Below are positions 48,755-56,247 of a stretch of 64,000 nucleotides of DNA, piece after piece. The DNA comes from an uncultured Clostridia bacterium (lineage in GTDB: Bacteria; Bacillota; Clostridia; Christensenellales; CAG-138), in NCBI GenBank assembly GCA_946631895.1, contig CAMPAN010000003.1:2556-66555 (forward strand). The letters run 5' to 3'. Below the pieces are notes generated by a model, which saw nothing but the letters and a program-made list of their open reading frames with translations, had not been told where the DNA came from and did no database searches. Numbering within the stretch: the stretch's first letter is position 1; the number at the start of each line of letters is the position of its first letter. A program made the position numbers and the translations under genes.

Positions 48755-49450
48755 TCAACGGCAAACCGGCTTTGTTTTCCTTTCGGTCAGGCGGAAGCTC
48801 GTTTCGATCATCGTCATGACCGCATCATCGGACAGCATATCGTCGAGCGTCACCGTGATCCAGCTCTTGTGGTTCATGTGAAACGCCGGATAGACGCCTT
48901 CCCTCTCCGGTCTTCCCTCGATAGGGTCGATCTTCAGATTCATCACGTCGACCGGGGTTTTATCTCCGTCCTTTGTCAGCTGTTCGCGCCGGATGCGCAT
49001 GATCAGCGCAAACCACTTGCCGTTCTCCGTATGACGGAATACCCCGGAATGCTCATGCGGACTCTGTCCCCACGGAAAATCTGGATGCACGCCGTACCGC
49101 GCAAAGATCGCATCCGCAATCCGGTTCGCCTGATCGGACGCAAACGGTACGTCCCTGCAGCAGGCATTCGCGATCTCCGAAAGGATCTCCTCATACGCCG
49201 ACCGCACCTGATTCACATACGCGCCGTTGAACCGCTCCGCGCGAAGCGGCGCATATTCCTCGCCGTTCATGCAATCGATCACCGTACCGGAAACCGCGCC
49301 GCCGTCCGTCACGAAAACGCGCGCCGAAAAATCGCCGTTCAGAAACGCCGTTTCATACAGATATCCCGCGTCCGTTTTCCGGAAGCCGAACGCTACCATC
49401 GCCTCCGGCATGAACCGTTTTCTCGAAAACACCTTTTCTTCGATCGTCAT
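48755..49450 (-). CDS. MmcQ/YjbR-family protein with N-terminal extension
   Basis: ..FPWGQSPHEHSGVFRHTENGKWFALIM..NLKIDP..YPAFHMNHKSWITVTLDD.. is a YjbR-like domain. The start is at ATG 49450. Confidence 0.65.
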   Translation of the reverse strand: MTIEEKVFSRKRFMPEAMVAFGFRKTDAGYLYETAFLNGDFSARVFVTDGGAVSGTVIDCMNGEEYAPLRAERFNGAYVNQVRSAYEEILSEIANACCRDVPFASDQANRIADAIFARYGVHPDFPWGQSPHEHSGVFRHTENGKWFALIMRIRREQLTKDGDKTPVDVMNLKIDPIEGRPEREGVYPAFHMNHKSWITVTLDDMLSDDAVMTMIETSFRLTERKTKPVCR

Positions 49451-49562
49451 CTTCCCGTGTTCCGTTCGTCTTGCTGATGTCATTATAGCGAAAAACCGCG
49501 CACGATTCAATACCGCCCACCGATCAATTCGCGCCGCGGCGTTCGCGTTCTCTGTCATCATG

Positions 49563-50093
49563 TCAAGCGATAAATGATGATGTTTGCACTAACGGTACAA
49601 ATGCTGTTATACCTATGGAACACATCGTTGAAAAAAGCACGCTTTCGCGTGCTCTTTTCTGCCTGTGACCGACAATACGTACGAAATTGGCAAAGGAGCA
49701 GGTTCCTTGACTTGTGTCAATTGCGCTTGGCGTGCTTTGATGAAGTAACAGACATCTCAACTGATACGCTAATTCACCACTCATATATGGCATATCCGCG
49801 CTGAACTCGCTTGTAGGGTTGTACTTGTCCCCTATATGGGAATCATACCAACTGATAAACCTATCCTTATTGCCCTTTTCGGGGTATTCTGCTTTTCCGC
49901 AGGTGTCCACCAACGTTAACGATAGAGATAAAGCGGCAATGAAGCATTCGTTAGCTTCCCACTCATGACCATGTTTACAAAGCCACCATACAGATTTATT
50001 GCTTCCAAAAGAAACGTTCTCGGGCTTAAGCGGTTTATTCTTTGTAGGATGCCATTCGCTCGCAATACTAGGAAAGCGTGCATACTAACAGCC
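49563..50093 (-). pseudogene. decayed AT-rich gene remnant with a DUF4379-type zinc-ribbon motif; no credible start, and the tail reads through a terminator hairpin
   Basis: The open frame (my own translation) is ..FPSIASEWHPTKNKPLKPENVSFGSNKSVWWLCKHGHEWEANE.. and continues into track ORF 49563-49913. There is no ATG upstream. The hairpin AGCACGC-tttc-GCGTGCT (49636-49653), flanked by A- and T-tracts, lies inside the 3' end. Confidence 0.45.
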
Positions 50094-50304
50094 CTTTGTA
50101 GTACGAAAATATGTATTGACGAACGAATACTCTTCGACGTACGGCCCCCTTAGCGCACGAACACCACATCTTATGCACGAACTCCGGAAAAACAGGACAA
50201 AAACACGGTCGAAAATGCAGAAAGTATTGCCTTTACAGCGTTGATATGCTTGATTATGCGGCTCGTAAAATAAGAAAAAAGCCTTTGTATGATTGGTTTT
50301 TTGT

Positions 50305-50345
50305 GTAAAAAACAGGACGATGATATTGTATCAATATCATCGTCC
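50305..50345 (-). terminator. rho-independent terminator of tRNA-Trp
   Basis: The minus strand has GGACGATGATATTG-ata-CAATATCATCGTCC (14-bp perfect stem) followed by TGTTTTTT. Confidence 0.85.
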
Positions 50346-50350
50346 CAAAG

Positions 50351-50424
50351 TGGCAGGGGCAGAAGGACTCGAACCCTCAAGAACGGTTTTGGAGACCGCT
50401 ATGTTACCATTACATCATGCCCCT
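50351..50424 (-). tRNA. trnW: tRNA-Trp (anticodon CCA)
   Basis: The minus strand reads AGGGGCA-TG-ATGT-AATGGTA-ACAT-A-GCGGT-CTCCAAA-ACCGT-TCTT-GAGGG-TTCGAGT-CCTTC-TGCCCCT-G-CCA. I folded the cloverleaf by hand: 7-bp acceptor, T-loop TTCGAGT, encoded CCA. Confidence 0.9.
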
Positions 50425-50442
50425 ATTTCGTTTGCAAGCGGT

Positions 50443-50471
50443 ATCATACCACAGCCGCAAACAAATTGCAA
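50443..50471 (-). promoter_or_regulatory. sigma-A-type promoter of tRNA-Trp
   Basis: The minus strand reads TTGCAA, 17 nt, TATGAT, about 18 nt upstream of the mature 5' end. Confidence 0.6.
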
Positions 50472-50485
50472 GTGTTTTTTCGGGT

Positions 50486-51412
50486 TTACACAAACTGCAC
50501 GATATAGTCATGCAGATTGCGGTACGCAATGCGCTCGACCTCGGCGGGTGTGAAGCCTTCCGCAAGGAGCGCGTCGAACAGCGCGGGCAGGTCGGACGGG
50601 TTTTTGAGATCCTTCGGATAGCGCTGCATGCCGTCGAAGTCCGAACCGATGCAAACATGATTTACGCCGCCGACCGAAGCTGCATGACTGATGTGCCGCA
50701 CGATGTCCTTGATCACGGCATGCCCGGAATCCACAAGCTGCGGACCGTAGAAATTGATCCCGACGACGCCGCCCTTTTCGGCAATCGCACGGATGTATTC
50801 GTCCTTGAGGCAGCGCGGCGCGTTTTGGAGAGCGCGGCAGTTCGAGTGCGAGGCAAAGATCGGCTGCGCGGAAAGCGCCAATGCGTCCTCGATCCCGTCG
50901 TCGGAAAGATGCGACACATCGAACGCGATCCCGATCCGGTTCATTTCTTTGAGGATCTCGCGTCCTGCGGCGGACAATCCGCGGCGTTTCTTCCCCTGCC
51001 CCGCGCCTGCAAGCTCGTTGTCCGAGTTCCAGGTAAAGGTCATGGCGCGCACGCCGAGCCGATAGAGATCGCGCAGGATCGAAGGCGACGCCCCTAAGGC
51101 TTCTGCGCCCTCAACCGCAAGCACCGTCGCGATCTTGCCGGAACGCGGATCGAAGTCCTTACTGAGTGGCACAAATTCCGGACACGTTTCGTGCACGGCA
51201 TAGTACCGGTCGATCATGATCATCACCTGCTCGAGCGGCGGCACCTTCAGCGTCGTGTCCGCCCATGCCGCCAGAAACTGGATCGCTACCCCGCCCTTTC
51301 TGAGGTTTTCCAGCGTGATCGTCTGATTCCGCTTCTGTGTGTCGATCGTCCAGCCGTAATCCATCGCGCCGAACAGATAATCGCAATGCGCGTCAGCCGC
51401 GTAAAACTGCAT
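50486..51412 (-). CDS. membrane-dipeptidase-family (peptidase M19) dipeptidase
   Basis: MQFYAADAHCDYLF.., ..FTWNSDNEL.., ..DVSHLSD.., ..ASHSNCRAL.., ..IGSDFDG.. Confidence 0.85.
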   Translation of the reverse strand: MQFYAADAHCDYLFGAMDYGWTIDTQKRNQTITLENLRKGGVAIQFLAAWADTTLKVPPLEQVMIMIDRYYAVHETCPEFVPLSKDFDPRSGKIATVLAVEGAEALGASPSILRDLYRLGVRAMTFTWNSDNELAGAGQGKKRRGLSAAGREILKEMNRIGIAFDVSHLSDDGIEDALALSAQPIFASHSNCRALQNAPRCLKDEYIRAIAEKGGVVGINFYGPQLVDSGHAVIKDIVRHISHAASVGGVNHVCIGSDFDGMQRYPKDLKNPSDLPALFDALLAEGFTPAEVERIAYRNLHDYIVQFV

Positions 51413-51423
51413 TTAATCCTCCT

Positions 51424-51452
51424 AAAATGAAAGGGGTTGTCTTTGCAACCCC
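51424..51452 (-). terminator. rho-independent terminator downstream of rny
   Basis: The minus strand reads GGGGTTG-caaaga-CAACCCC followed by TTTCATTTT. A second hairpin, CCCTCCC-tgtgtaa-GGGAGGG, lies just upstream. Confidence 0.7.
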
Positions 51453-51544
51453 TTGATGCTTTACAACCCTCCCGTCTCGCTTCGCGATCCACCCTCCCTT
51501 ACACAGGGAGGGCAAAAACGGCGACTGAGGGGTTGTCTTGTCCC

Positions 51545-53092
51545 TTATTTCGCGTAGTCGACCGTGCGGGTCTCGCGGATGACGTTGACCTTGATCTGAC
51601 CCGGATACTCGAGCTCGCTCTCGATGCGCTTTGCGATATCCTTCGCCATGATGACGGTCTCGGTGTCGCTGACGCGCTCGGGCTTGACGATGATGCGAAC
51701 CTCACGGCCCGCCTGGATCGCGTAGGAGTAATCGACGCCCTCGAACGAGTTTGCGATCTCCTCGAGCTTCTCAAGGCGCTTGATGTACGCTTCGAGCGTT
51801 TCACGCCGCGCGCCGGGTCTTGCCGCCGAGATCGCGTCCGCCGCCTGCACGAGCACCGCTTCGATCGAGTTGGGGTCGACGTCGCCGTGGTGCGCCATGA
51901 TGCAGTGGATGACCGCGTTGTTCTCGCGATACTTCTTCGCAAGGTCCGCGCCGATCTGCGCGTGACTGCCCTCGACCTCGTGGTCGATGGACTTGCCGAT
52001 GTCGTGCAGCAAACCTGCGCGCTTTGCGAGCGCGACGTTTGCGCCGATCTCCGCCGCCATGATGCCGGCGAGATGCGCGACCTCAATCGAGTGACGCAGG
52101 ACGTTCTGACCGTAGCTCGTGCGGTACTTCATTCTGCCGAGGTAACGGATCAGCTCATGATGCAGACCGTGTACGCCGACTTCGAGCACTGCGGCTTCGC
52201 CCGCCTCGCGGATGGTCTGATCGACCTCCTTGCGCGCCTTCTCGACCATTTCCTCGATGCGCGCGGGATGGATGCGTCCGTCCATGATCAGCTTTTCAAG
52301 GCTGATGCGCGCGATCTCTCTGCGCACCGGGTCGAATGCGGACAGGATGACCGCCTCCGGCGTGTCGTCGATGATCAGATCGACGCCGGTCGCCGTTTCG
52401 AGCGCGCGGATGTTGCGTCCCTCGCGGCCGATGATGCGGCCCTTCATTTCGTCATTGGGCAGCGGCACAACGGACACGGTCGCCTCTGCGACGTGGTCCG
52501 CGGCGCAGCGTTGGATCGCAAGAGAAACGATGTTGCGCGCACGCTTGTCGGCTTCTTCCTTGGTGCGCTGCTCGATCTCCCGGAGCATAACTGCCGCTTC
52601 GTGCTTCGCTTCCTGTTCGGCGCGGTCGAGCACCATGGTCTTTGCCTCGTCCAGGGTGATGCCGGAAATGCGCTCCAGCTCCTCCTCCTGCTTCTTATAC
52701 AGGGCGTTGATCTCGTCTTCCAATTTGTCGAGCTTCTTGGTGCGGTCGTTCAGCTGCTGTTCGCGGCTCTCGACGCCTTCCAGCTTCTTGTCCAGCGATT
52801 CCTCACGCTGGAACAGCCTGCGCTCGTTCTGCTTGATCTCGTTTCTGCGTTCCTTGATTTCCTTTTCCGCTTCGCTGCGGATCTTGTAAGCTTCGTCCTT
52901 TGCTTCCAGGACCTTTTCTTTCCGGATCTCTTCGGCCTTCTTCTGGGCTTCATCGTACAGACGCTTCACGGCATCCTCGGCCTTCTCGACCTTTGCCTCC
53001 GCGACGTTCTTCCGATAGAAGTAGCCGATCACAAACCCGATGACGCCGACGGCAACCGCCGCGCCGATCAATACGTAGTGCAACCAGTCCAC
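51545..53092 (-). CDS. rny: ribonuclease Y
   Basis: N-terminal TM helix ([19 protein letters not shown]), Lys/Glu-rich coiled coil, KH (..[15 protein letters not shown]..), HD (..[20 protein letters not shown]..). GTG start with GGAG RBS. Confidence 0.95.
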   Translation of the reverse strand: MDWLHYVLIGAAVAVGVIGFVIGYFYRKNVAEAKVEKAEDAVKRLYDEAQKKAEEIRKEKVLEAKDEAYKIRSEAEKEIKERRNEIKQNERRLFQREESLDKKLEGVESREQQLNDRTKKLDKLEDEINALYKKQEEELERISGITLDEAKTMVLDRAEQEAKHEAAVMLREIEQRTKEEADKRARNIVSLAIQRCAADHVAEATVSVVPLPNDEMKGRIIGREGRNIRALETATGVDLIIDDTPEAVILSAFDPVRREIARISLEKLIMDGRIHPARIEEMVEKARKEVDQTIREAGEAAVLEVGVHGLHHELIRYLGRMKYRTSYGQNVLRHSIEVAHLAGIMAAEIGANVALAKRAGLLHDIGKSIDHEVEGSHAQIGADLAKKYRENNAVIHCIMAHHGDVDPNSIEAVLVQAADAISAARPGARRETLEAYIKRLEKLEEIANSFEGVDYSYAIQAGREVRIIVKPERVSDTETVIMAKDIAKRIESELEYPGQIKVNVIRETRTVDYAK

Positions 53093-53269
53093 GATATTCT
53101 ACTCCGATCTATATCAATATAACCGAGCATACTGCCCGGCTATTCCACATAAATTGATTCCAGTTTTTCGAAAAAGTTCAGCGCGCAGAATATGCGCGGC
53201 AAAGCGTTCCGCAAATCTATGATCGATACTATGATGAACGCACTTGGCAGTGCAGGATTACTCGATAAT

Positions 53270-53298
53270 ATTGTAAACGCTTTTTCCTGCAAAGTCAA
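53270..53298 (-). promoter_or_regulatory. sigma-A-type promoter of rny (about 175-nt leader)
   Basis: The minus strand reads TTGACT, 17 nt, TACAAT. Confidence 0.6.
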
Positions 53299-53351
53299 GG
53301 ACCGATCTGCATAAAAAATGCATTTCTGCATCATATATCTTCCCGGAACCG

Positions 53352-53813
53352 TTATTCCCGCCGCAGCAGCTTTTTCAGCATCGGCAACAGTCCGAGCTTC
53401 TTTGCCGCTTTGACAAGCACCGTTCTGAGCTTCCTCCACAGCGCGCGCAGCGGATAGATCGCGTTCCAGAACCGCGCATAGAACCGATAGCCGCGCTCTG
53501 TAACGACATGCTGCTTTCCCTTGCGGTTGAATGTGGTCAGTACGCCGATCACATTTTCAAACGGAACACGCTCAACGGCATACGTGTTGTCCCCGCGGAT
53601 GCGGTAATACCCGTCCTCCACGCCGATCACGCGGTGCAGAACGTAGCTTTCGCCGCGTTTATACAGCGCAACGTCGTATTTTTGCAGGCATGAAAACGGG
53701 GCCTCGATGATCACCAGGTCCCTGTTCTGCCGCAGCATGGGTTCCATGCTCGTGCCCCTTGTCTTATAGACCAGCCTGCCGTCCTGTTCGAGCAGATCCT
53801 CGAAGCGCGTCAT
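53352..53813 (-). CDS. S24/S26-family serine peptidase, SipW/Sec11-like (S26B-like) catalytic core without N-terminal membrane anchor
   Basis: ..TRGTSMEPML.. (nucleophile Ser box), ..YVLHRVIG.. (His where bacterial SPase I has KRxIG), ..RIRGDNT.. (GDN box). No N-terminal hydrophobic segment; the C-terminal tail is basic and amphipathic. The start overlaps the PqqD-like stop (ATGA). Confidence 0.7.
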   Translation of the reverse strand: MTRFEDLLEQDGRLVYKTRGTSMEPMLRQNRDLVIIEAPFSCLQKYDVALYKRGESYVLHRVIGVEDGYYRIRGDNTYAVERVPFENVIGVLTTFNRKGKQHVVTERGYRFYARFWNAIYPLRALWRKLRTVLVKAAKKLGLLPMLKKLLRRE

Positions 53814-54070
53814 TCCTCGATCGCGCCGATGCCGCGAAGCGTTGCAAGGATCTCCTCCACGTCGGCGTCGATCGTTTCCCGCGGCGCGTCATACTGCAGG
53901 CACATCGCATCCACGATCTGGTCCTTCGTCGTGTCGTTCTTCAGGCAGTTTACGATGAACGCCGCCGTCTTGTTGCTGCGTACGATCCCGTTGAACGCTT
54001 CATGACCGAGCGGTACCAAAAACTGGGTGTCGTCGATGTCCTGTACGATAAAATCGGATTTCAGTTTCAT
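53810..54070 (-). CDS. stand-alone PqqD-family protein (RiPP recognition element-type peptide chaperone)
   Basis: MKLKSDFIVQDIDDTQFLVPLGHEAFNGIVRSNKTAAFIVNCLKNDTTKDQIVDAMCLQYDAPRETIDADVEEILATLRGIGAIEE shows the PqqD-like pattern at a size of 86 aa. GAGGAGAG RBS present. The start is at ATG 54070. Confidence 0.75.
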   Translation of the reverse strand: MKLKSDFIVQDIDDTQFLVPLGHEAFNGIVRSNKTAAFIVNCLKNDTTKDQIVDAMCLQYDAPRETIDADVEEILATLRGIGAIEE

Positions 54071-54080
54071 ATTTCTCTCC

Positions 54081-55406
54081 TCAGCAGATGAGGTCGTCCT
54101 CATCCGGATTTTCTGTTAAGTCCTGCTGGTTGCGAATGATCCGTCTCAATGCTTCCGCGGCGAGCATTTCATGGGATTCTCTGCAATGATAATCCACCCA
54201 GGGGCAGTTGGCGAAGCTCGTGCATTCGGGGAGCATCGGGCATTCCCGGCACATCGCCCGCGTCCGGTCGGTCCGGCAGTATTCCTCTCTCGCAGCCATG
54301 TCGATCGTCCCGCTGACGATGTTTCCGTAGCAGCTTTCCGCGGCGCAGTGCTCGCACGGATACAGACCGCCGTCCGGTGCGATCACCACGCTGCCGCTGT
54401 CCGCCATACAGCGATGGATCCGGAATTTCATGACCGGTTCCGTATATGGAACCGGTTTGAAACCGGCTTCGGCGATCAGCGGATTTGCGGCAAGAACCTT
54501 TTTCCAGAACGCGATATCGCCTTCGCCTGCGCGGACCGCCATCAGCGGACTGAAGTATACATGCACGCGATCCTTGTGATCGACCCATTGCTTCAGATCA
54601 TTCAAAAACTGCGGAATGCCGGACCAGTTGCCTTCGTCCACGTTGACGCGCAGCGCAACTGTGATACCCGCCTCCGAGAGCCTGCTGATATTCTGCATGA
54701 CAGCGTGATACGCATCGAGATCGCCGTAATACCGCTTTCTGGCGATATAGTCCGGCTCCGCGCCGTCCATGGAAACTTGTATATTCCTTGTATGCCATGG
54801 TCCCTGCATCTTTTCGAGGATCTCCGGCGTGATCAGACTGCCGTTTGTGACGACATTGGAGCGGTACGGAATGCCCGCTTCCCGGATCCCGTCGCTGATG
54901 CGGTCGATGATCTCCGGACACAGCAGCGGTTCGCCGCCGAACCAGTTCAGCTTTATGCCGTTCTTGTCACAGTTGTCCAGAATATACCGAAGGGTCGCTT
55001 CGACCGTTTCCGGCGTCATCTTCGACTGGGCGCGTCCTTCCTCATAGCAGTAGATGCAGCGCGCATTGCAATGGAGAGTAGGCAGAATGATAAACCCGCC
55101 AATCCTCTTTTTTTTGGAAAACAGCCGCATCATGGACGAGATCGACTCATAAAAGGCAACCTCATCCTTTCCCTCGGGAACGAGCATATAGGTTTCGATC
55201 AGGGAATCGAAGCCTTCTCCTGCTTTCACCGTTTCCGGCAATACTCCTTCGATGCACTGCTTTGTCAGCGTGCTGGTTACATACTGCTTGCCGTCGCATT
55301 CAAAAGAAAAAGCGAAACGGGATGGCACATATGTAACGCCGGTGCACGGTTTTGCTTTCGGGAGCACCTTGAATAAAAACGTATCAGGTGAAAAAATCTC
55401 TTTCAT
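54081..55406 (-). CDS. radical SAM enzyme with C-terminal SPASM domain and about 95-aa N-terminal extension (peptide-modifying maturase candidate)
   Basis: The CNARCIYC (CX3CX2C) cluster follows ..FIILPTLH. GGEPLL is present. SPASM-type Cys pattern: C-MADSGSVVIAPDG-GLYP-C-EHC..C..CRECPMLPECTSFANC..C. Confidence 0.85.
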   Translation of the reverse strand: MKEIFSPDTFLFKVLPKAKPCTGVTYVPSRFAFSFECDGKQYVTSTLTKQCIEGVLPETVKAGEGFDSLIETYMLVPEGKDEVAFYESISSMMRLFSKKKRIGGFIILPTLHCNARCIYCYEEGRAQSKMTPETVEATLRYILDNCDKNGIKLNWFGGEPLLCPEIIDRISDGIREAGIPYRSNVVTNGSLITPEILEKMQGPWHTRNIQVSMDGAEPDYIARKRYYGDLDAYHAVMQNISRLSEAGITVALRVNVDEGNWSGIPQFLNDLKQWVDHKDRVHVYFSPLMAVRAGEGDIAFWKKVLAANPLIAEAGFKPVPYTEPVMKFRIHRCMADSGSVVIAPDGGLYPCEHCAAESCYGNIVSGTIDMAAREEYCRTDRTRAMCRECPMLPECTSFANCPWVDYHCRESHEMLAAEALRRIIRNQQDLTENPDEDDLIC

Positions 55407-55420
55407 AATTCAAGATAAGC

Positions 55421-55451
55421 AAAAAGCGGTATACGAAATTACGCATACCGC
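55421..55451 (-). terminator. intrinsic terminator/attenuator between the precursor micro-ORFs and the radical SAM gene
   Basis: The minus strand reads GCGGTATGCG-taattt-CGTATACCGC (10 bp, one G-U) followed by TTTTTGCTT. It ends 14 nt before the rSAM ATG. Confidence 0.7.
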
Positions 55452-55550
55452 AAACGGTAATCAAGCGTATGTGTTCAATCAACCAAGCGACAGGCTTCTG
55501 TTATCGGCGAAAAGAACAAACCCATGCGTTTGACACAGGTTTTTCGGTTC

Positions 55551-55700
55551 TTATTCTTCGACGATCGTGCCGGGCTCGTAGCCCACGACGCAGAATCCGG
55601 GACCTTCGCTGTCGCAGGGATACGTCCCCTCACAGGAATATGTGAGCACGTGATCGTTGATTCTGATAACTTCCATTTTGGGCTTTTCGTAATTCTTCAT
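55551..55700 (-). CDS. precursor-peptide candidate A (49 aa; below ORF-track cut-off)
   Basis: My own translation gives MKNYEKPKMEVIRINDHVLTYSCEGTYPCDSEGPGFCVVGYEPGTIVEE*. GGAGGT lies 7 nt upstream of the ATG at 55700. An alternative ATG is at 55706. Confidence 0.7.
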   Translation of the reverse strand: MKNYEKPKMEVIRINDHVLTYSCEGTYPCDSEGPGFCVVGYEPGTIVEE

Positions 55701-55724
55701 AATCATTACCTCCGTTATAGAAAC

Positions 55725-55859
55725 TCAAAAATCGGGGAGTTCGATCGAGTAATCCCATGCAGTGCAGCAACCATCATGTCGTTCGGTCGGACAACTCGCC
55801 GTGATTACATCTTCCGGCAAAACAATAATCTCCATGTTCGGCTTTTCATATTGTTCCAC
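55725..55859 (-). CDS. precursor-peptide candidate B (44 aa)
   Basis: Translation from GTG gives (M)EQYEKPNMEIIVLPEDVITASCPTERHDGCCTAWDYSIELPDF*. GGAG lies 8 nt upstream of the GTG at 55859. The N-terminus aligns with candidate A. The longer track ORF (to 55919) would start inside the promoter. Confidence 0.65.
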   Translation of the reverse strand: MEQYEKPNMEIIVLPEDVITASCPTERHDGCCTAWDYSIELPDF

Positions 55860-55922
55860 GATCTTCACTCCATCATTTCCCACATATTGACCGCAAAAGG
55901 GGAAAATACTGCTTCTCAATAC

Positions 55923-55951
55923 AATATAGCAAATTTGTGCAATCTTGTCAA
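55923..55951 (-). promoter_or_regulatory. sigma-A-type promoter (extended -10) driving candidates B and A
   Basis: The minus strand reads TTGACA, 17 nt ending in TGC, TATATT. Confidence 0.65.
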
Positions 55952-56093
55952 TCCGTTTTCAGAATATTCACAAATAATTCCGGCAAAACATCTTCGTTCG
56001 GACAATCCGCACAATCTGCAGCGTTTCGATCAAAATCAATCGAAACAATATTGTATGATGCTTCAGTCTCTGTCCGTTCCTGTCGATCTGCTA

Positions 56094-56192
56094 TTAAAGA
56101 GTGGGATCGGTAAACTCTCCGCCGCTCGTAGCAATAATATCGTCCTGCGAAAGAACAAGAATCTTAATCGTCGGTTTGATATATGTTTCCAT
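56094..56192 (-). CDS. precursor-like micro-ORF C (32 aa, Cys-free, double stop)
   Basis: My own translation gives METYIKPTIKILVLSQDDIIATSGGEFTDPTL**. AGGGGG lies 9 nt upstream. The leader aligns with A and B. Confidence 0.5.
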   Translation of the reverse strand: METYIKPTIKILVLSQDDIIATSGGEFTDPTL

Positions 56193-56247
56193 GAACCTAA
56201 CCCCCTATATTGTGATGCTGTGATTGATTCATACCATTCCTTATTTT

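Noticed and set aside
53140-53439. 99-aa minus-strand ORF between rny and the S26-like gene
   Set aside because: It overlaps the 3' end of the peptidase gene and spans the predicted rny promoter and 5' leader. It has no RBS and no motif. It is most likely non-coding.
55952-56093. A fourth intact precursor gene between micro-ORFs C and B
   Set aside because: Only start-less or 7-codon frames are present. The similarity to B is fragmentary and permuted. I treat it as a decayed remnant rather than a gene.
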